Positions 13,860 to 26,284 of a stretch of 64,000 nucleotides of DNA are shown piece by piece; positions within the stretch are counted from its first letter, which is position 1; the number at the start of each line of letters is the position of its first letter. Made by a program: the position numbers and the translations under genes. This stretch comes from Octopus vulgaris (lineage: Eukaryota): positions 21,886,001 to 21,950,000 of the forward strand of contig OX597819.1 in the NCBI GenBank assembly GCA_951406725.2, given 5' to 3'. The notes under the pieces were generated by a model. It was not told the DNA's origin. It saw only the letters and a list, made by a program, of their open reading frames with translations, and ran no database searches.

Positions 13860-14165
13860 CTGGAACTGTTAAAATCTGTGAAACTTTCCAGAAGTTTATC
13901 ATTTAAATATATGTGGGCATGTCTAAATATGTAAGTATATGCATGGGAATACAGACATAAAAGAAAACATACGAATCTGGACGTATACCTATATACATAC
14001 ATGCGTATATGCATGCATACATACATACGTACATGCATACATACAAACATATCCTGTTGATGTTGAAATTCCAACGAAGGTGCCTTGGATCTAGGTTAGA
14101 AACCGACTCTTTCTCTGTTGGTAAGAAATCTTGAAATAAAACTGAACAATGACATACATACACAC
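13860..14165 (+). mobile_element. 3' end of an RLE-LINE family (same tail as 50305-50670)
   Basis: GTVKIC..FII* followed by a tail with internal (CATA)n, then GGATC.AGGTTAGAAACC...AAATAAAA.TGAA.AA.GACATACAT, also present at 50570-50665. Confidence 0.6.
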
Positions 14166-15871
14166 ATAATACATACATACACACATACCTTCGTACATAC
14201 ATACATACACACTCACTCAGAAAGAAGCGCAGAAATGCACACACACACACGCGCGCGTTGTTCTTTTAAACATAATTTCGGCTGAATCGCTTTGCAGTTA
14301 TTTTCAAGGGCTTTACTCTTATATACACACAGTCACACACGCTCCCTCGCATTTGCAAATGCACACACGCTCAAAAGGACACGGATCGAATACATATATT
14401 CATATGCATTGCATAATTATAGACACACTTTTGTTTTACACATATTTCAAATTCGGTTCATCCTCCAATCCTTTCACGTGCAATCTTCACGCGTATACAT
14501 TCTCACATACACCGCCGAACACAAAAGCTCACATACACAACCACATACAGACACACGCACGCATGCACACACACACACGCTCACACACGCACACACAAAC
14601 ACACTCACACATATTTTGCACTTCATTCGATCGGTCTTTTCCCCAATTGTCTTCAGGTGTCTCATTCCCATATATAAATATATCTCTAGGCTAGCTTTGT
14701 ACTCTTAATCATGTATTTCTAATGCAGAGATTTCTCCGACACTCTAAGCTACGCTTTAACCTCGCAACAACACTATGTTCTGCTCTCTTCTTGCATTCAC
14801 TCTCATAATCGACCCGAATACTGTGAGCTCTTCAATCGGTAAAGATAAAAATAAACAAACCTAATATTTATTTTGATTTTTCCTTCCCTTAAGGGGCTTC
14901 ACAGATATTGGCAAATATTTCTGTTTTGAATTTTACGTTGTTATTGTTGCTGTTGCGACTGTTATATTTGTTAATTCTACACATAAATAATCTTCCACCA
15001 ATATTTATTAAAAATAATACATAAGTAAAAACTCAAAATAAATATTAATAGAGCAATTTTTTTCTTAATTATAAACATTCAACCTCGATTCCAATTCCCG
15101 GATGTGAGATCTTTAGCCTCCATCTTTAGTCTGGAAAATTCCCGGAAGTCAGATCTTTAGCCTAGATTTCGGCCTCCACTATTCCCTGATGCGAAATATT
15201 TCTTGCCAAATTAGTGTATAAATATGATTATAATTAATTTGATCGGCGTTCGATTAGAATTCCTCTTCTGATATGTATAAAAAAAATCAAACACAAAATC
15301 GATTCTATATTTCCATAGCAGAAATAATTATTTTTATAAATACATGTATTGTATACCTTCAGAAATGATACTGGTGGTGGTGGTGGTGGTGGTGTGGTGG
15401 TGGTGTCGGCGGCGGCGGCGGTGGTGGTGAGGCGGCGGCGGTGGTGGTGGTGGTGAGGCGGCGGTAGTGGTGGTAGTGCTGGTTGTGGCGGCAGTGGTGG
15501 TGATGTCGGTGGTGGTGGTGGTGGTTGCGGTAGCAGTTGCGGTGGTGGGAGTGTAATACTGGTGGTGGCGGAGGTGTAGTTAGGGTGATGATGATTTTCA
15601 TAACACTTCTAGGAATGATATACGGCAACAGTACGAAGAGTAGCGATGTGTGTCCCAAATGATGGATGCATTTAGAAAGAGAGGAGGAGGATGTGAGGAG
15701 GGGCGGAGAAGGGGAGGAGGAGGATGTGAGGAGGGGCGGAGAAGGGGAGGAGGAGGATGTGAGGAGGAGGAGAAGAAGAAGGAGGAGGCGGAGATGCTGG
15801 TTAAACAAAGAACACAGATTGAGCGTGAGAGTGACAGGTTGAAATAGAGAGAATAAGATGTTAGTCTGTAA

Positions 15872-15872
15872 G

Positions 15873-15914
<42 letters not shown>

Positions 15915-16048
15915 AGAGATAGATAGATAGATAGATAAAGAGATACATAGATAGATAGATAAAGAGATAGATAGATAAAGAGATAGATAGATAGATAGAT
16001 AAAGAGATAGATGGATAGATAGATAAAGAGACAGATGGATAGATAGAT
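15872..16048. repeat. (GATA)n microsatellite with AAGA variants
   Basis: Seen directly. Confidence 0.95.
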
Positions 16049-16896
16049 ACTGACACACTTCCCCTCCGTTGTTTTTCTTTCTCCCATCTTTTTGTTACTT
16101 CTTATTTCTGTTTCTCTCCTGTTTTACTATCGCTAATCTCTCTTTAATACGCCTTCTCTTTCAATCTCCTACTCTCCCTCCCACTTTCACCCATTTACTC
16201 TCCATCCCTTTTTCACTAACTCTCCCTTTCATTCCGTTTCAGAATTTATCATATCTTATATACCCCACCATCACTACGAACACAGTTACCAACGCTTATT
16301 ATCACCAGGCATTCTCTCTCTTCAGATTTACGTTCCACTTTATCCCCCAACTCTATCACTCTATCTACGTATCATTTCAGCTATCCATCTATCTACATTT
16401 TATCGATCCGTCTCTCTTTATCTTTCTCAAACACACACATATCCTTCTTTCACTTTCTCACTTTCGCGCAATCTTGTTCACTGTTTCAATCTCTCTGACG
16501 AAAGCTGCAAAGAAATTATCAAATAGCTGTAAACAACCAAGTCACGAAGCCTTTTAACTATCTAACTCATATCGCATGAAATACCTGACAAATAGGAAAA
16601 AACTCCTCCGGCTATATTTATATATAGGGTTAATTCTCCTCTATTCCGATTCTGGAATAAATTGAGTTATTGCTTCAAGCGAATACATTAATTAGGCATT
16701 TTTAAAATATACTCCATGCTCTGCTGTGTGTGTATGTGTGAATCGCATGCACACCAGACGTGTGCATATTTCAGACATTCTATACACATGCATATACATA
16801 CACACAAATATATGTGCATCGCTGTGTAATACATATTTATATTGACAGATAAATAGATTCATAGATATAAATATATATACATATATATATATATAT

Positions 16897-16937
<41 letters not shown>

Positions 16938-16980
16938 TGGATATCCATATACATACACACACACATACATGTATATATAT

Positions 16981-17299
<319 letters not shown>

Positions 17300-17700
17300 G
17301 TGTGTGTGTATGTGTGTGTGTGTGTGTGTGTGTATGTGTGCGTGTATAATATATCTAAGTAGGTGGTTGTGGAATGTAGAGTCATTGCAATGTGTCCCAT
17401 CTTCTTTCATTGATTTCATTCTTTATGTATCATTATATACATACATTCTTGTGGTTATTTCCCTTTTGCATATGGATCTGTTCTCAAATGGCATTTGATA
17501 ATTGTGGCACATCGTCTATCGGCGGAGATGGTTTTTATAAGTTAGGAATTTATGTTGTATGGTATTTAATAATGTATCTGTATTTGTCTATGTTGTTCCA
17601 GTATGTACGTGAATAACATAGACACTAGCCAGTCTAAGGTATTTCTCTTAGCTCAGTGTTAATAAATTTATATAAATTACTTAGGCCGTAATTGTGTTGG

Positions 17701-18089
17701 ACTATCTCTCTCTATATAAACGGCAGTTTGTCTGTGCGTGTTTCTGTGTGTCTGTTTGCTTGTACCCTCACCCTGACCACGGCTTTCAACCGATTCTGAT
17801 GAAACTTGACACACACATAGCCCAATGTCATAATTCAAAACTAACGCAGCGAAAATTTTGAAAAGTTGCCCCAGTTCTGAAAAAAATCGATAAATTCGAC
17901 ATGGGGTCGAGAATCAGGAATACGAACCACAAACTGTCTAGGGGACGCAACTCTACCTTTTTTAAATCTCAAAAAAAAATTTACCATCATTTTTTCCATT
18001 TTTTTGCTATTTTTTGGCTATAACTCTCTAAAAATGCTTTATAGTTATTTCCCTTACAAACCTGAGCAACGCCGGGCGATACTGCTAGT
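17701..18089 (-). mobile_element. HINE/DINE-1-like non-autonomous Helentron-type element
   Basis: 5' end ACTAGCAGTATCGCCCGGCGTTGCTC. The first ~95 bp are shared with 18667-19085. It ends in a GACA-like microsatellite plus TTTATATAG. Confidence 0.6.
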
Positions 18090-18666
18090 TTTTGTATAAA
18101 TCTACATTTCTTAGCTGCTGGCGATCGGCCAATTATCATGCTGATGACGCCTGCTGAGGCAGAAATCTATATCAACGACTACTCTCTCCCCGGAGAAACC
18201 GTTATTCTTGAGATTATCTACCCTTCTCGAATGGAGCTGGTATTCGTTTGGTAATTAAAAAGATATCCTCCAGGTTTTATGTATCAACTGGCCCAGAAAT
18301 TATAATCTGCATCAGCTAGTTTCACCTCCTCCACGCACTCCTGACCTACACCCAATAACCTTTAATTTCTTGTTTGACAACTCGTTCTGTACCAGTCCTT
18401 CTTCGTCTCTACACTTGTAGGCTCCTCCGATCATTACCTTATCAGTGACTCCTCATGGAAAAGTTACATGCTGTGCAAGTACGTATCTGTTTCGTTTCAT
18501 ATCACTTTTCCTCGTCTCCCTCCCTGCCAGCTTCTCTCATCTCATTCACACACCCCGCCAACTGCTGTCACTCACAATTTTCCTGACGTCCACCCACCCC
18601 ACTCAAAATTGCCGGTTTAAAGCCTAAACTTGAAACACTCGACGTAATTTTTCTGTTTTATATTAA

Positions 18667-19051
18667 ACTAGCAGTATCGCCCGGCGTTGCTGGGATTTGT
18701 AAGGGAAATAACTATATAAGCATTTTTAGAGAGTTATAGCCAAAAAAATAACAAAAAAATGCATTCAAAATGGGAAAAAAATTATGGTAAATTTTTTTTT
18801 AAATCGTTGACTCATCGAAGACATTTTTAGAGAGTTACTTCCCTTATATAATAGTGAAAAAAATGCATTAAAATGGAAAAGCATTATGTTAATTTTTTTT
18901 TTTAATCGTAGACTCATCGTAGACGCGCGCTAATACCCAGAAGGGCTCGATATGAATCACGACTATAAGATACCCGGTTTTGGTTAAACTGCACCGCAAA
19001 ATGTGGGAGTAGTTAGGAATCTAAATCGTAGGAGACAGACACACAACTTCA

Positions 19052-19085
<34 letters not shown>
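18667..19085 (+). mobile_element. HINE/DINE-1-like non-autonomous Helentron-type element
   Basis: ACTAGCAGTATCGCCCGGCGTTGCT...GTGGGAGTAGTTAGG...GACAGACACAC...TTTTATATATAT. It is oriented divergently from the 17701-18089 copy. Confidence 0.6.
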
Positions 19086-19089
<4 letters not shown>

Positions 19090-19808
19090 TTCGTAAGTTT
19101 TTTCTATGGTTTATTTATTTATTGTTCAATTATTATTCTTTTTCATATTATTATTATTATTTAATATTATTTTATTTTATACATTATTATTTATTCTATG
19201 TATTTTTTATTTATGTTATATGTTATTATTATTATTAATTTTATTTTCCTTGTTTAGTTGTTTAATACTGAGTTTTATTCCAGCTTTGAGTGTTGTTGCT
19301 GTTTGTGTTTGAGGCTGTTCCTGGCTTTTATGAGGACGGGGTCTGTTCCTGATTTCACTCGTCATCAAGCAAACCATTTGGTCCTTTTCAAAGGCACTTT
19401 CACCTAAGCCATTCACTTTCTTTGTGCAGTTGGCTATTTAGGACTCCATCATTTGACGTGTTGGCTTACTTCTCTGTGAAAATTGTGACTTAAGTGAAAT
19501 TCAACAGCTATTTCTAACAGATTTAGTGAAAAAGTTATGTTGTTTTTTCTTTTCTTTTTTTTGTATTTTATGTTGCTTTCCCGAATTTATTTTTGAATAT
19601 GTCCGACATACTTATTACGCATGAACGCTACAGTGGTTGTGCTAATGGCGAATGTAAGTAATGTGCAACGCTGAATGGACAAGCCACAGTTTGTATGTTG
19701 GTGCATACGGTAATGTTGAATGTATCGGACTGTAGGTTTTACGTTAGTGATTGTTATACAGTGGAATGTGTGTAGTGATGTGTCTTGGACTGAATATTGG
19801 TTTCAAAT

Positions 19809-20207
19809 AAGGCGGCGAGCTGGCAGAATCGTTAGCACACCAGGCGAAATACTTGGCGGTATTTCGTCTGCCGCTACGTTCTGAGTTCAAATTCTTGCCG
19901 AGGTCGACTTTGCCTTTCATCCTTCGGGGTCGATTAAATAAGTACCAGTTACGCACTGGGGTCGATATAATTAACTTAATCCGTTTGTCTGTCCTTTTCT
20001 GTCCTCTGTGTTTAGCCCCTTGTGGATAGTAAATAAATAGGTATTTTGTCTCTCTTTATGTTCTGAGGTCGATTTTGCCTTTCATCCTTTCGGGGTCTAT
20101 TACATAAGTACCAGTTACGCACTGGGGTCGATGTAATCGACTTAGTCCCTTTGTCTGTCATTGTTTGTCGCCTGTATGTTTAGCCCCTTGTGGGCAATAA
20201 AGAATTA
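19809..20207 (+). mobile_element. Dimeric SINE family A with 16-bp TSD
   Basis: TSD AATATTGGTTTCAAAT at 19793-19808 and 20208-20223. Both monomers end TG.TTAGCCCCTTGTGG. It is inserted in the tail of an older antisense copy (~20224-20400). Confidence 0.9.
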
Positions 20208-20770
20208 AATATTGGTTTCAAATGTTGGCACAATGCTAGTAATTTTGAGGGAGGATTTAAGTCGAGTACATCAACCCTCGTGCTCAACTGGGACTCATTT
20301 TATCGATACCGAAAATAAGTAAAGCAAAGTCCACCTCGGCAGTGTAATTTGAGATCAGAACATAAAGTTGAACGAAATGCCGCTACGCATTTTGCTCGAC
20401 GAATGAATGTAATAATATTGAAACTATGTGTCTATGCTAGTAACCGCCGTAATACTGAAGATCTGCATCGTAGTGTACATTCTGGTGATTGTGGTAATGC
20501 TAAATGTATTGTACTGTAATATTTCCATCAGTGATTGCAGTAATGTTGGATGTAGCGTTATGTGGTGTCGATACTGAGGATCGTGTTTATTATGGTGATT
20601 GTATGCGATGATGTCTGCGGTTGTGCTGAATTATGCTAGATGGGTAAAGGTCATTAAGTACAAACCGTATGCACGTGCCTTTCAGTCTCCCTTCAGTTCT
20701 CTCATCTTGGATGTTCCAAAGGTCATAAGAGACGCGTCATAAGAGACGGATGTCTATATCTGCTTCCGCC

Positions 20771-21005
20771 AAGGCGGCGAGCTGGCAGTAACGTTAGCCC
20801 GCCGGGCGAAATGCGTAGCCGTATTTCATCTGTCGTTACGTTCCGAGTTCAATTTCCGCCGAGGTCGACTTTGCCTTTCATCCTTTCGGGTTCGATAAAT
20901 TAAGAACCAGTTACACACTGGGGACAATGTATTCGACTTAATCCCTTTGTCTGTCCTTGTTTGTCCCCTCTGTGTTTAGCCCCTTGTGGGTAGTAAAGAA
21001 ATATA
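20771..21005 (+). mobile_element. SINE family A monomer with 16-bp TSD
   Basis: TSD TATATCTGCTTCCGCC at 20755-20770 and 21006-21021. It has A/B boxes and the tail TCTGTGTTTAGCCCCTTGTGGGTAGTAAAGAAAT. Confidence 0.92.
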
Positions 21006-21724
21006 TATATCTGCTTCCGCCTACAGTGGCACCTAAAACAAACAACGAAAGAATAACAAATATTAATAAACTACAGCCACCGAACAGTAAAGTAGATATG
21101 ACTGTACTTTCTGGGGAAGGGTGGTTTATTTTCTTTTCTTTTTTTTTCTCTCCAGACCTTGTAGACCATGATATTGATGTGGAGTGCTGGAGGGCAGTGA
21201 GAGTGATTCTCTTTGTGGTGTTGAAATTATGTTAAGGGTGTGGAAGAACTTATCTAAGTTACAAAGGTCATAAGAGACGGGTGTCTATATCTGCTTCTGC
21301 CAAGGCGGCGAGCTGGCAGAACTTATCTGTCATAGATGACGGTCAATCATTTGCCATGCATGTGTGCCGTAGTATGTAGTGAGGTATTATGTAAGAATCT
21401 CGGGCAACTTTCTGTTACAATCGCCTTGAAAGACAAAGTGCATTGACGGAAACTGTACCGAAGCCTATTGGATTCTTTCTTCGTGGAATTCAAGGATAAA
21501 GTCTTGTCACGCTGTGTTTCTAGGTTTACTGAGAATTGCATTAAAGGTGTACATTTCAGTGGTATATTCATTCTTTTACACGCTAATTAAATGAGCAAGC
21601 AATTGAGTTAATGACTAATTGAATCCTCATCGTCAAAAACGACGGAGAACCATTTACTACTATTTTTTAATATGGTAAGTATGTATGTACGGTGTGCTAT
21701 AGAATTGTATATATGTGTAGTCTC

Positions 21725-22095
21725 CAGCCTGCCTACGCGGTTAGAAGTTTGTTTCCCAACCACATGGTTCAGGTTTCAGTCCCAGTCATGGAACCTTGGG
21801 TAAGAATCTTCTACCATAGCCACGGCCTGACCAAAGCCTTGGGAGTTGATTTGCTGGATGGAAACTGGAAGAAGCACGTCATGTGTGTGTGTGTGTGTGT
21901 GATCGTCCCCGTCCCCCACTGCTGTTTGAAAACCGTTGTTTGTGTATTTACGTCCTTGTAACAGTGGGTCGTCAAAAGAGACGATAGTATAAACACTGAG
22001 GTTGATTAATTTGACTAAAGCTGTTCAAGGCGGTGCTCCAGCATGGTCGTCGTCTAATGACTGAAACAAGGAAAAGATGAAAGACAAAAGGTAAA
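21725..22095 (+). mobile_element. SINE family B
   Basis: AGAAGTTTGTTTCCCAACCACATGGTTC...CCTTGGGTAAG...GGCGGTGCTCCAGCATGG...GACTGAAACAAG. Confidence 0.75.
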
Positions 22096-22309
22096 GATGC
22101 GTGTATAAATATGGGGCACGGTTGTCTGATAAATACGTGAATGTGTCTATGATGTGGTGGAGTGTGTTTTACACCAGTGTGTTTTACACCAGTGTGTCTG
22201 TGTGTGTGTGTGTGTGTGTGTGTATACATACACATGTACATACATATACAAATGCATCAATAACTTAACATTGATATTTTTTTCACCTTTTCACTGTTGC
22301 TATAACCAT

Positions 22310-23412
22310 CTGAAATGGAAGTGTCAAAGTGCGATAATCAAATAATTTTCTATTCAACTTCAAAAAAGGACAAAAAGCAGCTCAAACGGATCGCGATATC
22401 ACCGAAACTTTTTGGTGAGGAGATGACCAGTGAGTGGTCAGCTCGAAAGTGGTAAAAACGATTTGAAAGTGGTGACCTGAGCCTTGATGACCATGAGCGC
22501 TGTGGAGCCTCATCTGTCATCGATGACGGTCAATTAAAGATTTTCATTGAGAAAGATCCACGTAAAACCACTCAAGAACTGTCAAAAGAACAAGTTAGCC
22601 GGAAAACTGCCTGAAACCATTTGTAGGCGATCGGAAAATCAAAAAGGCTTCACAAATGTGTACCACACGATTTGAATAAAAATCAGAAAATGCGCAGATA
22701 TGAAATTTGCCCATCGCTTCTTCTCCGTAACCAGACCGATCCATTTCTCGACTGTATTGTAACCTGCGATGAAAAGTGGATTCTGTACAATAATAAAATA
22801 AAAAAGTTCTTCGCGGTGGTTGGACGAAAATGAAGCACCGAAAACCTTCCCTAAACCCGAGCTCTTCAAAAAGAAGGTTATGTTGACTGTTTGGTGCTGT
22901 ACTGCTGGACACATCCACTATAACTTCTTAAAACTCTGAAAACCATAACTGCAGGAACATATTGCAATGAAATTACCAAAATGAACGGAAAACTGCTACT
23001 CCTCCGTTCCAGACTCGTCAACAGATGAAGGCCAATCATTCTTCATGACAATGCTCGAAAACACGTTTCCCTAATGGCGCTCCAGAAGACGAGGGAACTT
23101 GGCTACGAAATACTTCCCCACCCAACTTATTCTCCAGACCTTTCTCCTACTACCACTTTGTCAAGCACCTTCATGGTTTCCTGCGAGATAAGTTCAAAAA
23201 TCAAACCGATGCTAAAAGTGCGTTCAAAGAGTTCATCAGCTCCAAAACTCCAAATTTTTATATTACCGGAATAAACAAACTTGTAACTCGTTGGCAGAAA
23301 ATGTGTTGATTATAATGGTACTTACTTTGATGGATAAAATTTCAGCATTGCTGAAATATATTGTGATGAATTTCACGTTTTAAAATTCTCCATATTTTTA
23401 TTCAACATGATA
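22310..23412 (+). pseudogene. Decayed mariner (DD34D) transposon
   Basis: PFLDCIVTCDEKWILYNN (22741), LHDNARKH (23041) and HPTYSPDLSP (~23119), with many stops and frameshifts. The left TIR is not recognisable. Confidence 0.9.
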
Positions 23413-23455
23413 TATATATGTGTGTTTTTGTCTGTGTGTGTGTATATGCATATAT

Positions 23456-23794
23456 AAGGGTAAAGACCCCTTTCGGTCATGAATGACCATGGGATTGCAC
23501 CTAGAAAGTTACCCTCCTAGACACAAGTCCGGGCAAGGTTGTTTATGGAATGCCAGCAGTCGCCCATGCATACCAGCCTCCTCTCTCCACGCCACCAGTG
23601 TTATCCAAGGGAAAGACAAAGGTCGATACAGCTTGGCACCAGTGACGTCGCAACTCATTTCTACAGCTGAGTGAACTGGAGCAACGTGAAATAAAGTGCC
23701 TTGCTCGAGAGGACAACACGCAGCCCGGTCCGGGATTCGAGCTCACAACCTCACGATCGTAAGCTCGACGCTCTAACCACTGAGCCATGCGCCT
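23456..23794 (-). mobile_element. tRNA-derived SINE, family C
   Basis: Head AGGCGCATGGCTCAGTGGTTAGAGCG...GAGCTCGAATCCC (A and B boxes) and CACTTTATTTCACGTTGCTCCAGTTCACTCAGC. Related heads occur at 56856 and 57125. Confidence 0.85.
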
Positions 23795-23917
23795 GGGGAG
23801 AGTCATTCTCATTTCGTGCCTTATTACTTAACACACTTACCGGTTAGTGTTAAGTAAAAAGATATGTTTCAACACACGAATTCACATCAAGAATCTTGCA
23901 AGATTAATACAGAAAAG

Positions 23918-23949
<32 letters not shown>

Positions 23950-24131
23950 TGCTGTTTATGGTAATACGTGTGTGTATGCATGTATAGGTAGTGTGATGTA
24001 GTATGATGTATATGTTTGTATGATATAGCATAGTATATGCGTATGTGCGTGTCTGTATTGTATAATATTCATGTATGTAAATGCACTATGATATTGTGCA
24101 TATGTGTATACACATGTGCTGTATAGTATAG

Positions 24132-24185
<54 letters not shown>

Positions 24186-24186
<1 letters not shown>

Positions 24187-24357
24187 TTTATTTAAAGCAG
24201 CAGAAAATTCAACAAAACCTGTTACTCTGAGTTTCACGTTGCCGTTCATCGGACAGTTTTTGCTAGTATCTAGTATCTAGCAAAAACTGTCCGATGAACG
24301 GCAACGTGAAACTCAGAGCAACAGGTTTTGTTGAATTTTCTGCTGCTTTGAATAAAG
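24186..24357. repeat. Near-perfect inverted repeat (81-bp arms), Penelope pseudo-LTR-like
   Basis: 24186-24266 is the reverse complement of 24277-24357 with 2 mismatches, across a 10-bp spacer. Confidence 0.93.
24214..24260 (-). ncRNA. Minimal type I hammerhead ribozyme (Penelope-type)
   Basis: AAAACUGU-CCGAUGA-ACG GCAA CGU-GAAA-CUC A GAG-UA-ACAGGUUUU, giving stems I, II and III and a GUA cleavage triplet. The core reads CCGAUGA rather than CUGAUGA. The plus-strand twin (24283-24329) has GCA at the cleavage site. Confidence 0.7.
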
Positions 24358-25528
24358 CATATTACTCTACCACTGGTATTTGAGAACTCTTTTTTCCACC
24401 TTGTTTCACATTTATGTGTTTACTCCGGTATATATATATATATATATATGCATATATGTATGTTTGTACATGTGTGTTGCGACATAGAATGGCGTGAGTA
24501 TGTACATGTATGTGCAGGAGTGTGTGTGTATGTAAATATATGTGTGTGTATTAGTGCTTGTGTGCCTATGTGTATACGTGTGTCGCTGTTACGTCTTCAA
24601 ACAGATTTATTTTTTCATATAAAAACAACCAACAAAAGTATAAAAATCAATTCAGGTTTCTTCTAGTCTCTGCTGTTGTTGTTTTTTGTAGTTGTTTCTG
24701 TCTGTCTCTCTCTCCCTCTCCCTCTTTCGTCTTTCTCTCCCTTTTTCTCTCTCCCTCATTCTCTCTCTCGTTTTCTCTCAAGTCAACTTTATTTTTCCAA
24801 TCATCAAATTAAATCTTGTGGTTGATGTTTTAATTAAAAATCTCCTCGTGTTCCTTAGCAATTTCATTCTGGTTAACATTATTATTGTTGTTGTTGTTGT
24901 TGTTGCTGCTGCTGTAGTAGCTACTTCTGCGCGTGTTGTTGTTGTTCTTCTTCTTCCTCTTCTACTTCTTCTTCCTCTCCTTCTTCTTCTTCTCCTCTTC
25001 CTCCTCCTCCTCCTCCTTCTTCTTCTTCTTCTTGCTGTTCACTCTTCTTTCTGCTTTCCACCGATATTGTTGTTGTTGTTGTTGTTGTTGCTAATTTTTC
25101 CATCGACTTCTGCTTTTGACAATGTTGTTGTTGCTCTTGTTGTTTCTGATGTCGTTGATGTTGGAGTTGCTGTGAAATTGTGATGATGATGACGATGATG
25201 ATGTGGCGCAGGGAACTGCACATGGTGATTGTAGTGGCAGTGGCGGTGGCGGTGGTGATGTTTGTTCAGTGGTGTTTGTGATGGTGGTGGTGGTGGTGGT
25301 GGTGGTCGTGATGGTGGTCTTGCGAATGAAGAAGAGGAGGACGGCGACAGTAATCAATAACATGACGACGATGAAAATGAGCAAAAAGATGAGGATGGTG
25401 ACAATGACCTCGATGCTGACGACGAAAACCACGGCGATGATGATGATGATTGTGATGATGACGATGATCCTCATTGCGTTTTTGCAATTACAAATCCTGC
25501 TAAAATGGTATTTACCTACTGCTACCGT

Positions 25529-25559
<31 letters not shown>

Positions 25560-26284
25560 ACTGCTAACTATTACTATCACTACTACTACCACTACTACAA
25601 GCACTGTCACCGCTACTCTTTCACTTTCTCTCTTTCCTTTTATCTCTCATTCTCGCTGTGTCTTTCTCTCACTTCCCCTTCTCTCTATCTTTCTCTCTAT
25701 ATCTACCGCTCTCTCCATATATATTTGGCCATTACAACCACATGTACTTTAGTTGAACTACAAATGACAGAAATTAGGTTACAGGAGTATCAGGAGTATG
25801 TCCTCCGGCAAAGTTGGCAACCAGAGTCAAGTGTTCTCTTCCGGGAGCATGTTCATGTCACATTTGCGCAGAGTTACAGCCTTTGGGTTTACCACTACAC
25901 TGAGACAACGGACAGACGTTTGTGTTTCGCAGATAAAAACGAGAATAGTGAACTAATTATAAACATAATAATACCTAATGTCTGGTGTGAACTGAAATCC
26001 CAAACAACGCGTCGAACATTTCATTTCGAAATAGACCAAGCGGAACTGTGTACAATTTTGTCTGAATAAGACATTGGCAGAATGGACAAAATTCGGATAT
26101 AAATGCTAAGGGGAAACAACCGTTCTCTGTAAAAGGAGTCTTTCAATTATAGGGTGCATGCGGTTGAAATTAAACAAGTAGAAACTCCGCTACAAATGAT
26201 GCAAGGTTTTACTGAATGAAACTCAGAATAGCTAAATGTTCCAAGGCAACCTTAAAATGAGCAAAATTAATTTAGAAGATTACA

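Noticed and set aside
25203-26069. 288-aa ORF with a non-repetitive C-terminal third
   Set aside because: Two thirds is trinucleotide repeat and the remainder has no motif I recognise; it cannot be supported without homology or RNA data.
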